Source of the DNA: Schmidtea polychroa
Taxonomy: Eukaryota
Direction of reading: 5' to 3'
Length of the DNA stretch: 64,000 bases
NCBI GenBank assembly: GCA_044892525.1
Contig: CM097888.1
Span: 8,990,001 to 9,054,000, forward strand
In this document: piece after piece, positions 1 to 13,769 of the stretch
Numbering within the stretch: the stretch's first letter is position 1
Layout: each line of letters begins with the position of its first letter
The notes under the pieces: generated by a model
Seen by the model: the letters and a program-made list of their open reading frames with translations, nothing else
Told to the model about the DNA's origin: nothing
The model's database searches: none
Position numbers and translations under genes: made by a program

Positions 1-12
1 ATTCGCTTTATT

Positions 13-470
13 AACCATTTGAACATGCTAGACCTTTAATGAGACCTAAGAAGGGGTTAGGGAACGTTTAAGGGATTTATTTGTTACTAACAATTAACGC
101 TCGCATTAACGATATATTAATCTATAAACCAGCTTGAAATGTGTAGTAGGATTTGTGCAAGCTATATTTCTGATTCAATTTAAAATAAAAGTGGGGCATG
201 GTGTATTATTTTTTGATTGTTGCTAAAGGAGGGGGCGCCTGTTGATCCAGGTTGCCATGTGTATTACCCGGCCGATTAGTTAAAATATCATGTGAAAATC
301 ATTTTTAACGTTTAATCAACCATTTGAACGTTTCGGGGATTTATCTGTTACCAACATTTAACGCTCGCATTAACGATATATTAATCTATAAACCAGCTTG
401 AAATGTGTAGTAGGATTTGTGCAAGCTAGATTTCTAATTTAAAATAGGGGGGGGGGGCTTGGTGTATTGT
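13..470. repeat. Local direct duplication (about 100-150 bp core, two copies about 265-305 bp apart)
   Basis: The core gggatttat.tgttac.aaca.ttaacgctcgcattaacgatatattaatctataaaccagcttgaaatgtgtagtaggatttgtgcaagcta is present at about 72-165 and about 336-430. Confidence 0.85.
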
Positions 471-1950
471 TTTGGTTACTGTTTGTTACCCATCCGTAAT
501 ATATATTTTTTATTGGATATTCATTTTATTGTATTTTTGCTTTATTAACTAATTAAATAACTAGGAATACAGTATAATATTTGTTTTCTTGCTTGGTTCC
601 AATGAGGAGGGAGCGGGGGGCATTGTATTAAGCTTTTGGATCACGATTTTTTTGGATCCAACCGTTTATTGCCTATTAACTAAACGAACAAGCTTGAATA
701 CATAATTTTACGAGTACAATTTTGATTTCTGAACCTTTTAATATTACTAAATTTTCTTCATCATCTTACTAATCTCATTCACTCTAGAGACGAGCTCACC
801 CTTGAATATATGTGAATATTGCATGATTATAGCATAGGTTATATAAGCTTCCTCCAAATTCTCAAAAAATATTTTCAATTATGCACTTTTCTTTTTTCAA
901 TAACAAACTACTAGGAATTTGAAGATCGTAGAGGAACATTCAAATATGGACACATTAAATCAACGGAAATGCCTTTTCTTCTGTAAAGCTTCTCGATATA
1001 ATATAATTGCGACTCAATTTTTTATTTATTATGGATTTCACAATATGGATTTTTTATAATATAATTATAGAATTATTCAATCAATATTTATTATGAAATT
1101 TAAAAATTTTTTTTAATACATTTATTTAATGCATTTGTAATAATGTATTTTGAAATTTCAAATATTCACTATTTGATTACCTGTCAACTTTTGATTGCTT
1201 TTGTCAAATTTACTTCATTTCCTTCACTTCTTGATTCAATGACATTTTTTTTTACCTTTTTTTAAAACTTTAACGAACAACTTTACCTATAAAATGTCAT
1301 TGTGCAAACTGATCTGATTCAATGAAGTGGAAAGGAATTTACAATAGGATTTGTACACCATTTTCGGATCTTGTTTATTTAATTGAATATTTGCTTTTAA
1401 TAATTTGAATACACAATATATCATTTCAATTGTATACAGCGAGAAGAGATTGGAATGTCAATAACACCTTTAACCAATTTCTAAAATATTGACACATGAA
1501 TACTTTACATTTATAAGTAGCAATAAAAAACTAAATTTTATTTTAAATCAAAGAGGCAATTACAATATCAATTACAACAACAAGAATTTGATTTTTTTCA
1601 CTTATAAATAATAAACTTGTCGAAATCATTAAAAATCATAAATCGAAAATGATTAAAATCATGAAACAGCTAAATAATATTAATTAAATATATTGATTAG
1701 AAATAAGTTGATTATAAATTAATTATATTGATTTAATTAGGAATTAAACTAAATACAATACAGAATAAATTAATAATTAATTGGTTTAATATCCTATACA
1801 ATCAGTCTTGTTCAATATGTACGTGTGGGGCACCAGAGCTTCGCGTGTTGTAATTCCGTGTACTGTAAACATCCGAAATGGATTGGATATAAAATACTAA
1901 AATATGAATATGCTAATTTCATTTTTCCTTTTATGAATTAATCAAAGATT

Positions 1951-2458
1951 CTAGCAATTCATTAGATGAGTTGCAATGCATAAAGCCTTTTCTACTAGAA
2001 TATCTATAGAAACCCTTATTTTTCTGCTTCTAGACTCGTTAAACCAGCTAAATAAAACTTCCTCTAAATCTTCAGTTTTCCCCAATTTGATCTGTCGTTT
2101 CTTAATTAAAAGATTCTCGGGAAATCCTTTCTCGAATTCCATATTCAAAAGCTTATTAACTAATTCCAGAAGTCTCTGGTTTTTATCCATCTCTTTTTTC
2201 ATTTTTTCCTGCAAAATGTCAAATTTTTTCTATTTTTTATGTTAGTCACGTTTTTTGTTCATATTTTGGAGTAAATATTTGAAGTATAAACACAATTTTA
2301 TCATATTTTTAAAAGAAAATCGAATTTTGTGTTCATTGTACACAATTAACAGTTAATGTGAGCAGCAGCTAAATTATAGGATAAAATGATGTGACGATTC
2401 AAAAATATCGATTTGGATTATAATTGACAGTGTTCATAGCAGACAGGGCTGACTGTAT
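1951..2458 (-). mobile_element. Tigger/pogo-family DNA transposon relic (left end plus CENP-B-type HTH fragment)
   Basis: ORF 1951-2214 contains KTEDLEEVLFSWFNESRSRKIRVSIDILVEKALCIATHL, an HTH_Tnp_Tc5/CENP-B-like pattern. Upstream on the minus strand is a Tigger-like end, TA-CAGTCAGCCCTG, at about 2458. No DDE domain or right end was found. Confidence 0.6.
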
Positions 2459-3116
2459 ATTCTTTGAATTGTTCAATACGTCTCCATTCCCTTCGGTCAT
2501 AGTATGAGAAAGACTAGGATGCCTATATATCTTTAACTAATTTCGATATCTCTGTTTGTCAACATAGTGCAAATATTGACAAACCATTACATATAAACAA
2601 AAATTATATATAATTCAATTACGGTAATTACGCGTCCCACAATATAACAAAAGACCATTTTAATAATATTATTTCATAAATGATTCATTACAATCGGTTT
2701 TTTAATTTTTTGTTTAAAGGGTGAAATATGTCAATAAACACAGTAAAATCAATATGTAACAGATAATATCGATAAAATATTTAATTTTACTCAGTCCTTG
2801 CTTTTTGTTTATGAGAATTATTACATTTAGTTATGCGATTACCAATGATGATTTTTTAAAACAAATACATTAATTTTTGAGATTTTTCTCAGTTAATTAA
2901 TTTTCTAATAAATTATGTCATTAAGAAAGTAAATCGGAAATAAAGCTTTCTAATATCATTCATTATATTAATTGGATCGATGTGTATGACTAATTATAAA
3001 GATACGTAACCTTTGAGTTTGTGCTCTTAAATTATCTTGCTAAAAACAATTAAAAGTTAAATGTGAAGAATTTATTTTCTATTTTACTAAACATTCATTG
3101 ATTGGTTGGTTTGAAG

Positions 3117-3664
3117 GAAATCGACCAAATCATTGAAAAGGCTTCCGAAAAAGGTTATAACGCACTTATTGAATTTGGAGCCAAAGGAATTAATTTCGCT
3201 GCAAATACTGTTCTCACTACTGCGGTTAAAGGTCAACAGTTATTGGCATCAAGGAGTTTGAGTTTAGGTGATTTATCCATTTCTCACCAATCAAAGTCTT
3301 ATGTTCCATCAGAGGACAACATCGATGATGTGTTTGATGAATTAGACACCGCCATATCAGGTGAAATCTTTCCCTGAATTCAATCAATTGAATAATACAA
3401 AAATCCTTTCCTATAGGGCATGGAGATGAACCTAATATCAGAATGAGGCAAAAATCTCGGAAAAAACAATCATATGACACTGGGACGTTTCCGAGGCGTC
3501 GTGGCAAAGGTTTGTGGAATTTCAATATTACCTTCAATTCACCCTATAACAATACCGCCGAATAATATAAATATCACTATTAAACCTATTTAATCATTAT
3601 CACAGGGACCATATCACAGAATACAGCAGTAAAATCCATTTATAATCTATATGACCAAATTTAG
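3117..3664 (+). CDS. REEP: 3' exons of a REEP1-4 (TB2/DP1/HVA22) ER-shaping protein; exons 3117-3360, 3417-3509, 3606-3664
   Basis: After the acceptor tttgaag, the exon reads EIDQIIEKASEKGYNALIEFGAKGINFAANTVLTTAVKGQQLLASRSLSLGDL. This matches the REEP1-4 post-hairpin region (EIDxxIxxAKERGYETMVxFGxxGLNxAAxAAVTAAVKxQ...RSFSMxDL). GT-AG introns lie at 3361-3416 (56 nt) and 3510-3605 (96 nt). The 5' exons are not in the window. Confidence 0.85.
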
Positions 3665-4652
3665 AAAAAAATCAATAAATATCCTATAAAATCACTTGTA
3701 ATCGAATTTTGTATCGATTCGATAAAATGATCAATTTAAATAGGAATTCGAATTCTCATTGATTTATTGAAATATCTGTATTTCTATTGGTTGAAGTCAA
3801 TGATTAGTCGTTTATGCAATGATGCATGCTGCTGGTCTATTTATTATACTTATTAATTTTACTGATTGTATTATTGAGCATTGGTTAATTAATGCTCTAT
3901 AATTTGTTTATCAACACCAATTGATTTTATCTTTCCTATATATATATATATATTTAGTTGAAAATGAACTGTTTTTCTAATAAATCATTTAATATGATCA
4001 ATATTGGGAATTTGGAAGTAGGAAAAGTAAAACCGCGTTTAACTCATACACAGTCATACACATTGAAGTATTGACAAATATTGTAAAATGGCTACTTATG
4101 AATCCATTTGCACACTTCATAAAGTGCCCAAATAATGTTTTTGTGTGATTTCTTGTTTATTTACACGGGAAACTGATTTTATTACACCAGTAAGATATTC
4201 ATAAACAGTAGTTATTCCCATTGATATTCTTTTCTAATTGATATAATATTGATACATTATTGCTATAATATATGATATTATTTTATAATTTATATAATAT
4301 TGATCTTTATTTAGTATTTCTCTATCGATTTTGTTATATGTATTGAATATTTCAATTTTATAAATTTGTGATATAATCAATATTATCAATAATTAAATAA
4401 TTGTGAAAATAGAAACTTTACAATCAATACATGCTATCTTATATTTTGGTTTGACTAGATCCCGAACATTTTTTGCCAAAAATTTAGCCCCAAAAATCCC
4501 TAAAAACTATTCACAAGCATAAATGATAAATATATTTTTTTCATTTCGGATGGCAATTAAAATCGTTTTCATCATTTATCACAGTTTTCCTCGGTGTTTG
4601 TTAGTACTAATGATTATTTCTGTATGACTTCTGTTAGTCGTGTTTATTTTAG

Positions 4653-4801
4653 ATCACTCGTTAGCTATTCAAACTTTTGACGAATTGAATCCTGATCTTG
4701 ATTATTCTCCAGCTAGTAGCTATGTGACGTCTTCAATCACTTGTAGTGTTTGTTCACAAAGGGGTCACAATAAAAGAACTTGTACTAGAATGGCAGATTA
4801 G
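4653..4801 (+). other. Isolated terminal exon or transposase tail encoding a CCHC zinc knuckle
   Basis: After the acceptor ttattttag, the frame reads HSLAIQTFDELNPDLDYSPASSYVTSSITCSVCSQRGHNKRTCTRMAD*, which contains CX2CX4HX4C. Confidence 0.55.
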
Positions 4802-6419
4802 GCTTTGTAGTGAATAAACTCAGTTTATCCATCTCTGTCGCATTGTAATATCTGTAGAAATCTTTTAAATGTTAATCTGTAAATCGTATTTGTTTCTTAA
4901 TACATTTTTATTTGTCGTATATAGTAATTATCGCTTTTTGTTATTAATAGTATTAATAGAAAAACTTGTGTTTGACGGTTTATATTGATTATATATACTG
5001 TTGCGTGTCATGAAATTTAAAGTCCTTGTGCTAAGAATTAAAAAGTGCCTTGAAAAAAGTTAAAAATCATATAGGAAGGAAAACTTTATAATATAAGTTT
5101 GAAAATTAACAACAATCCACATAGCCTCAAATTTTCACGCTTTGCGCAATAATTTCCCGATCTAACTATTTGCTGGGGTTCAACTGGACAAAAAATGAAA
5201 ATCACAAAAACCAGATAAAAAATTAATAAAAAATCAAATACAAAATAATAATTAAAGTGCATAAATTAAATAAAAATTATCGAGAATAAAGGAAAACCAG
5301 AGATAAAAAGTAACACGACTTGAATTTAAAATTGATAAAATTACCAAGAGGAAAAAGAGTTATGTGAAAACAACAAGATCTCCAAATTAGCAAACTAATT
5401 AGGAAAGAAAATGTAAATAAAATTAAAAACCTTTGCCAAAAAAACAATATAAACGAAAAGTGAATTCAAATACGATATATCGGAATTGACATTTTCGATA
5501 AGACAATTTGAAGAAATTTTATTTACGATTACTAATGTATATTACAGTCGTACATAATTCATTCCTATGAAGTTAGTGTATTAAGATTTATATAATATAT
5601 AATATCTAAAAATTAGTTCTTCAGCAATTTAAGTACATAAAGGAAAAGCAAAATCTTCATTCTTATAATAACAGCAACAGTCACGCTCAACCGTGTGATA
5701 TCTCAAGGTCAACTTATAAGGATCGTCTATCAAATCTCTGATGGTATTGTTGGGATAATGAATAAAGGCACATAATAAAACGAAGCATAATAAAAATCAA
5801 TAAAAATACCAATATAACAAAAGTGCAAAAATTAATTAAATATTTATCAAATGTGAAAATTAATATTGATCGGAGAAATTTAAATGGTTCAATACTAAAT
5901 CACGAGACGAAGCCAAAGACAATAATGGAAATTTAGTGAGGGGAACCTAGAGAAACTTATAATAAAATAACAAGCTAATTAAAAATTAATTAATCGCTAA
6001 TGGAAAGCCCGAATCAACGGAAAACCTGAACGATGAGGAAAACCCAAAGCACACTAATTAGACAATCCCTAAAAAATTCTACCCAATTTAACCCAAAATG
6101 TAAAGGGAAAAGTTGAGAAGAGTTGAGTCGCCAGTTGGTTGAAAAAAAGAATATCAGAGGGTGTTTACGAAAATCCTAGATAAACTAAAGAGAAAATTCA
6201 AGTAAAGATAGAATTATAAATTATCATATACTATGTTGCGATAACAAACATCTACGAAAGAAAGTTGCAAATCTAGCGACTAATTGTAATTGTGGTAAAA
6301 TTTAAATAATCCTGTTCTGAGTTTGGTTTTTAGATATTTGTTTGGCGAATAACACGAGGAGTCAGAAAAAAACCGACTTTAATAAAATATTAACCCAAAC
6401 ATGTACTCGCTACGTAATA

Positions 6420-7665
6420 CAGGGATTTTCAAAATATTTAATCCTCTTTTCAAAATATTTAATCCTTTCAAATAATTTAATCTTATTTTAAAAAGACCCA
6501 TAAATGAGAAATAATATTACTCTTTCAAATGACATTAGAAGAATAATTTGCCAAAAATATGAAGCGGGAAAGACAGCAATTCAAATTTCAAAGGATTTAG
6601 AGCTCAAGTATAAAACAGTGGTATCTGTTCTGAGAAAATTCAAAACCACCAGCAAAACTGATTCGGAAAAATCAAAGGCGGGTAGAAAGAAAGTACTGAG
6701 CCTTCCTGGAATTTCATTAATTAAAGAAAAGATAGGTGAGGATGTTTCGATAACTTTAAAAAATATTAAGACAGCGCTGGAGCACGATTTAAATATTTCG
6801 GCGTCGGTTTCATCAATATTTAGAGCTATCGATAATTTTTCATATACTTTTAAAAGACTCTCCTTGATTCCCGAAGCAAGAAACAACACTGCGAATATTG
6901 CAAGAAGAAAGGAGTATGCCTCACAGTTTATGCTTTTAAGCATTGATAACGTGGTCTTCTTGGATGAGATGGGCGTCAATTGCAGCATGAGAAGATCATA
7001 CGGGAGGAGTTTAATTGGGACAACTCCAAAAAAAAACCGTGAGATCCATCAGATCTAAAAATTATTCGATATCGGCAGCAATCACAAGACAAGGAATTTT
7101 TCACTTCGAAATACAGGATCATGCGTATAATGGTATTGACTATCAATCTTTTATTAATAATTTGATCACAAGATTCGAAATAAATGGGCTAGAGAATAGG
7201 ATTTTTATAATGGATAATTGCTCTATGCATAAGGTTATAGGAGTAAGATCTTTAATTGAAAAATCTGGTCATTCTTTAATTTTTCTTCCTCCTTATAGTC
7301 CCCAACTAAATCCGATTGAAGAGCTATTTTCAGTATGGAAGGGGCTAATTAAGGCGAGAAATTGTATGTCTGTTGAAGAGTTATATGACTCCATTAGAAC
7401 TGTCCATGATGAAATATCGGCAAGAAATTGCATTTCTTATTATGATCATATGCTTTCTTTTATCGCCAAGGCATTAAGAGAGGAAGATTTTTAATTAAAT
7501 AAAATATAGTCTTATATTCTTGATTATTTACGAATTTTTTTTTGCCTCACATTGATTCCGAAAATATGATTTAATATTTCGAAATAGGATTAAATTAAAT
7601 AAGATTAAATTTTTTGAAAGGATTAAATATTTTGAAAAGAGGATTAAATATTTTGAAAAACCCTG
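6420..7665 (+). mobile_element. IS630/Tc1-mariner superfamily DD34E transposon, full length (1246 bp), TA target duplication
   Basis: TIRs of about 70 bp (CAGGG(A/T)TTTTCAAAATATTTAATCCTC...) lie at 6420 and 7665, each flanked by TA. The transposase has an N-terminal HTH, VVFLDE, IMDN and PYSPQLNPIE with 34-aa D-E spacing. Confidence 0.95.
6504..7494 (+). pseudogene. DD34E transposase split into two ORFs (6504-7058, 7015-7494) by one extra A in an A9 run at 7028-7036
   Basis: Removing one A joins ...GRSLIGTTPKK to TVRSIRSKNYSISAAI... and gives an uninterrupted transposase of about 329 aa. Confidence 0.85.
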
Positions 7666-8519
7666 TAATAGAATTTAATTACATTTCCCCACACTTTCAT
7701 TTGTTGATAAGAATAATTACCGATCGTTATTTATTTTGTCTCTAAACATCCACTCCTAAATACAATGGCAATTTTTTAACCCTCTTCTACTTTTTTCTTT
7801 TTCCCAGTAACTTAATAGCTTGTGTATGCGTTCCAGTTTCATAGTTCATAAACTGTGTTTATGGTTTACCGTTGAATTGGCCAAATTTTCATTTCTTTTG
7901 ATATTTCAATAGATACAGGCAAACATATTTTGTTAATTATTGATAATAGGGTTTTTTGAGATCTATCTGGATCAATACACATATATTCTTTACATGATTA
8001 CATATATCAACCGTAACAAAAACTCATATTTCATCACTGCTGGAGGTTCCCCTATGATTTTTAGGTTTGTGTCTATTTGTACGATTTTCAAAACTAAAGC
8101 AATAATAAAACCAGCACCACAGTATTAACAAAAGTTTTAAGGTCTAAATAATATTTTGTTACACAGGAACCTGATCTGACAGATTTTGTATTTTTAAATT
8201 TACTACAAATGGGATTCATACACTTACAGGAATATTTATCTTTTTGTCTATTGTGTTGAACCTCAACCATAGTCAGTAAACAATAATTACGAGTTACTGT
8301 ACTTCTTAAGATTCGCAATTATATTTGCTGGACCTCCATTACTTTTAAAATTAGATTTCTAAAAAAAGACATTAATAATAAGATTAAAACACGATTTATT
8401 TGATAAATTTGTGAGGTAAAAATCAGTTAATTTCCAAAATTTTTTTATAATTTCAAATTATTTTCTCCATCTTCAATTTTTTACTTATATTTTACTTTTT
8501 CAATTTTATGTGATGTTAG

Positions 8520-8602
8520 AGCTCAATATGGTTTTGGAGGAAGATGGTGGATCCGATACGGAACTTTATGAAAAGAAAAAGGAGAAATTCAAAATTTCTC
8601 AG
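8520..8602 (+). other. Candidate orphan internal exon (LNMVLEEDGGSDTELYEKKKEKFKISQ)
   Basis: A GC-richer island bounded by a pyrimidine tract plus AG and by CAG|gtattt, with one open frame. No partner exons were identified. Confidence 0.3.
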
Positions 8603-9334
8603 GTATTTCGACCTCAATTTAATTTTAACTAATATTTAACTTTTAAAGCGTTTCATTTTCTATTTTTATCTTTGCTTTGCTACCATATAAAAATACCTTA
8701 ATTGAATTATTAAAAATGAGTTTTTCTTAAACTGATATAAAAATTTATAAACTTTAATATTTTTGCAAATTCATAAATCTTTTTTAAAAAACCTAATATA
8801 TTAAAATGCATTGTTTATTTTAATGGTAAAAATGAAAATTAAGTTTTTTTAAATAACAAAAATTTATGAACGGAGTCGTGTGTTCAAATCTCACTTCTGA
8901 TAACATTGGCGTATTTTTACAGGCACCCACACTTTTATTGTATTTCAAATCATACAATTATTTACTGCCTAATGAGCACACGATGGACATTTATTTTATT
9001 TAACCAGTTAATTCTCAAACTTGCCAACATTTCAAGTCGCGATGTGTCAATCTTGAAAAGTATATTTTCGATGATTCTAATGCTAATCATTAATATTCAC
9101 AAACTCTTGATACTAGAAAACATTAAGCAGTTTCACGAATTATTAAAAACCAACGAGATGCCACATCAAAACTCATCAAACTGTATACTGAAAAAGAAAA
9201 ACTAAGAATAAACATGCCATTTAACTAGTATATATAATAGCTCATTTCTCAATATTTTTTAATTGATTATAACATCCACTAAATAATAGCATTACCGAAT
9301 ATTCATTACCGAACACAATCTTAGTAGAAATCCA

Positions 9335-9736
9335 CTAAAAAATCGAAGTTAAAAAATAGGAATTAGAAACCACCTTACAACATAGAATACACAACTTCTT
9401 GTTTAAAATATTTACACAGACTGTATAAAATTCCAAATACGAAAATGTAAACCTAAACATAAAATTGAGTTTTCTGATACAAATCAATTTCCACAAGCGA
9501 CAGTTATCAATAACTTGAGAACGAAGATGACGGGTAGTCATTTCAATGTATTGCACCAATGAACATATATATTCATAATTAAGATCTGAAAACAATCTAA
9601 GCAAGAATCGAAATAGATAAGCTTCACAATTTGTATCACACATAGCCAATCCACCCATTGATAGTTTTTCTTTCATTAATTTTTTACATCTCTTCACCAA
9701 TTCCAAAGTTCTTCTATTGAGTATTGGAAAAAACAA
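9335..9736 (-). mobile_element. Non-LTR retrotransposon (L1/Tx1-like) post-RT relic
   Basis: KEKLSMGGLAMCDTNCEAYLFRFLLRLF resembles the GGLxL...A...kxLxRL motif that follows RT in L1/Tx1 ORF2. Confidence 0.35.
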
Positions 9737-11958
9737 AGTATAACTTTCAAATTGATTATAATGATTAATGATAATTAAAATTGATTACAATTAGTTATTG
9801 AAATGTCGATTTTATTTAGATTTATTAATCATTATATTATTTAATAAATCATTGTGCGACATAAAAAATATTTATAATAATACGTTTTTTCTTCTATTGG
9901 AAACATGTCATTTTTCAGTCGTTTTATTTTTTAAAATTAAACACTGATTTTGTCTTTGTTTGTTGCCAGTTTGTTGTCTGTAGTTTATCAAATCAATTAC
10001 TACTGTCAGACTCCTAGTGTGTTTTATTCATCAACAATAACGAATTCTAAACAAATATGACTTTATTGAATACCACAAATGGTTATAACGAGTACAACCC
10101 TTCGGGGGGAATATCACTTTGGGAACTACCACTTAACATTTGATCCGGTTGCTTTCTTTCCTTTATTTAGGGCCTTACGATTTATGCTTCCTAATTTATT
10201 ATCACTGACTTTGTGATTTAACGATTATATTTCATTTTCTACTTCTCCTTGGCTAATTCGTTTTAACTTTTATTAAATACGGTTTCACTTATTCTCTTCC
10301 AAATTCTCAATAGTCCGTTTTCCATAATTCTCTCTCTAATTCTGCTTCTCTAAATAAATTTTCTTATGTCCTTTGCAATTTGTGTCTTACTTGTGTATCT
10401 TGCCATTTCCTGACACTTGTAGATAACCAGCATATTCCTCTGGACATTCCTAATTCCTGCATTACCTCTGACATCTGTCAGGGTATATCATTGTGTTTCA
10501 TTTCTCCATTTTTATTTTCCCGACTGCTGCAGTGATTTATTCATTATCTCGTGTAAATTCTAATGATAAGGAATTTCATTCCCAAATTGTTTTTTTCATT
10601 TTCATTTGGACTTTTTTTGAATTAAGAACAACCTCGTCACGTTTCAATATTTTATTTCATTGATTTTTCGCTCTATCTATATTGTTTTTCAATTTCCTCG
10701 CTTCATTCGCTTTCCCTGAATTTTTTGAGAACACGACATCATTTATTTTAGCTTACGAACTTGGACACTCGATCCGGAAATTCGCAAGTTATCTTTTTAC
10801 AATGTTATCTGTTATTAGGTGTTTCTTGATTTGCTCTGGCTGTCAATGAAAAAATAGAAAGAAAATTTTTATTTTATTTGTGCTGATGCATCTCATTGTG
10901 GTTAGTGAATTTTTTTCCGTCTATGCATCATAATTTGCAGCAACAATTGTCTGCGTGAACGCAGTTGACATGGTCAATATTCTCAAGTGTCTGACTGAAT
11001 CTCTACTCTGTAATTGAAATGAAATGAGAGCTTATGAAGTCAGGGCATTGTGATATTAACACAAATTAGGTTGAGTGTGTAACGCATGGACCACATTTTC
11101 ACTGATAGATATAATATAACCAGTTGATCTAACGGGCTGATTAAACTATAATTTCATCTATGATCTACTACTAGTTGCATATCGATTGGATCATTCCATT
11201 GGTGCGTGCACTCGCATTNNNNNNNNNNNNNNNNNNNNNNNNNNNNNNNNNNNNNNNNNNNNNNNNNNNNNNNNNNNNNNNNNNNNNNNNNNNNNNNNNN
11301 NNNNNNNNNNNNNNNNNNNNNNNNNNNNNNNNNNNNNNNNNNNNNNNNNNNNNNNNNNNNNNNNNNNTTTTCTCGCAATTTTCAAGAGATTTATTATAAT
11401 TTATTATCATGCACATTTTTATTGATACTATTAATCAATATATGATAGTAATGATCACTTCATTCATTATCTGGATTTTTGAAAATTGTTTTTTCACAAT
11501 TAAATTGATTTTATCGTTTTTATAGATAGACAATTTTTCCGGCTGATTTTTATATCTCATACAAAATAGTTAATTTCTAACTTATATTTTGTAAATTTCC
11601 GTTAGAAAATATTGAATAATTGGAATTTTATGATAAAACACAATTAAATCAATTAAAAGTCAAATAATTTCAGTCGACAAAAAAATGATGTGAACATTTT
11701 ATAACTGAAAATATTTAGTTTTGCTAATTAATTATCTTAATTTTTTGTTTTATTGTTTTGATTTAATTGTGTTTTATTATAATAATAAAATCATTCAAAA
11801 TTTTTTAACGAAAATTTACAAAATGTAAGTTTGAAATTAAGTTACAAATCTTATGCATTTTACAAATTATCGACAATTATTATTTTATAATTGATAACAA
11901 TTAATTTGAAAAGTAAATGAATTTATAACATTTGTAAACAAATCATTAAAATCAATTT

Positions 11959-12365
11959 TCTAATAAATATAATGTCAATTGAAAAGAATTCAGAGGTGAA
12001 AATTGAAAAAAGTTATGTATGATGTCTGTAAAAAATCGTTATTTTAATTTTAAGAAAATTAAAATATTAATGATTTCTTATATTATAAGAAAGCGCCAAA
12101 CACCTCAAAAAAATCACACCCAGATTTTCTCAAACATGGATCCTTAGGATTTTCAATAAATCTATCAACAGTCTCTTCTGTCATAATGAATAAAAAGAAG
12201 TTAAAAATATTAAATTAACAAGGAATTTTTTGAAAAATGTTCGATTTTGTTAAGAAATTGTATGTATATTGTACAAATACTTTTGAAAATTCAAGTGCAT
12301 TTAATAAAATATAGCAATTCACTATACGAATTATGTGCCCCAGCAACGCCGAGTAGCACAGCTAG
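11959..12365 (+). mobile_element. Non-autonomous Helitron-like element (3' end clear, 5' end approximate); partial second copy at about 13190-13250
   Basis: The 3' end is an imperfect GC hairpin (ccccagcaacgccgag) followed by CTAG|T at 12362-12366. The segment aatg(t/c)caattgaaaagaa(t/a)tcagaggtgaaaat is shared between about 11971 and about 13203. Confidence 0.5.
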
Positions 12366-13331
12366 TTTTTTATAAAATGTAAGGAAATCTCGAGCTTGTA
12401 GTAATCTTGTTACAATTGTGTATTATTGTCTATTATAGTTCATATTGGTTACCAAATAACAAAAGTACATTTTTCCAAGTCTATTTGAGGTGATTCTTTT
12501 TTTCGTTTTTTGGTGGAGTTGGCAACATTTCAATAAGCCAATTAGAGTATTTCATTGTATTTTTAATTTATAAATTTTATTATAAAAACAATTTTTTAAA
12601 ACAATAATAAAAATATATTTCTATCAAATAAGATTAATTTATTTTAGCATTTTTTTTCATTATTCTTATGTAATAACGCGATTTATAGGTATATCTCAAT
12701 GCAATATCGAGAACAAATCCTCCACATTATTCTCGGTCACAGTCAGACATGACTGAGGATAGAATTCACGCTAAACCTCCTTTATATCGTTCTCAAAGAG
12801 ACTAAGTATAACATCATTTTGCATGAAGCTGTTTAAAAGTGATATAGCATTAGTATGTTAAATATGGCTATGTATGGCTATATTTCTAAAATTTTAGCCG
12901 CGAGGTAATGACATCAAATATCCTATTCAAAACCCTTATAAACCAAAATATAGAATGCAAAATACTTAAATTCAAAAAATAGAATAAATTGAAGAACCAT
13001 GGTAGAACTTTAAAAACTTGAAATTTGTAGAAGTATAGGATTAAGTGACGGTTACTGATTCCTTCGATATCTGTTGCCATTTTTAACTTACCAAATGCCA
13101 TTAATATAAGCCTACAGTATTGATAGATCTTTTGATTGATTTATTCTATTTTTGAATTAAGATATTGATTTATTCTATTTTTTGAAATGTCCGTATATAT
13201 ACAATGCCAATTGAAAAGAAATCAGAGGTGAAAATCGAAATAAGTTACTATTATATACATACATACATACATAAAATTACACACCAACACATATTAGGTA
13301 TAACATAAAATGATTTACTTATAATATATAC

Positions 13332-13769
13332 CAGGGGTGCCCACTAATTTTTCTAGGAGAGCTACATTCACATCCAAAATGTGTATGCGATCTACTTTTT
13401 TAATACTTACATAATATTTACCTACAATGCAATAAATTCATCACAATAAAACAAATATATGTCAAAATATGGAAAATTAAAGTATATAACTATTTATTAT
13501 AAAAAAATGTAACTTAGGAAATCAAATTTAATGAAAATTATTTTTATATAGAACTTTTCGATGTTGATGCTCTACATTGGGTTGAATCCACTAGATTTTT
13601 GTAGTTTGGGATATAAGTGCTAAGAAATGTTATTTAGTATTACCATAGAAATGGAACACAGAACATGAAAATTAGCAAAAAAATTTAAGCATAAAACAGA
13701 AATGAAGATCTACTAAAAAATCCTTCGCAATCTACCGGTAGATCACGATCGACCTTATGGGCACCCCTG
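13332..13769. mobile_element. hAT (Charlie/Buster-like) MITE, 438 bp
   Basis: TIRs CAGGGGTGCCCA / TGGGCACCCCTG; perfect 8-bp TSD ATATATAC (13324-13331 and 13770-13777); subterminal palindrome atctaccggtagat. Confidence 0.93.

Noticed and set aside
8520-8602. CIDE-N-like similarity of LNMVLEEDG
   Set aside because: The match is only about 8 residues and no other exons support it.
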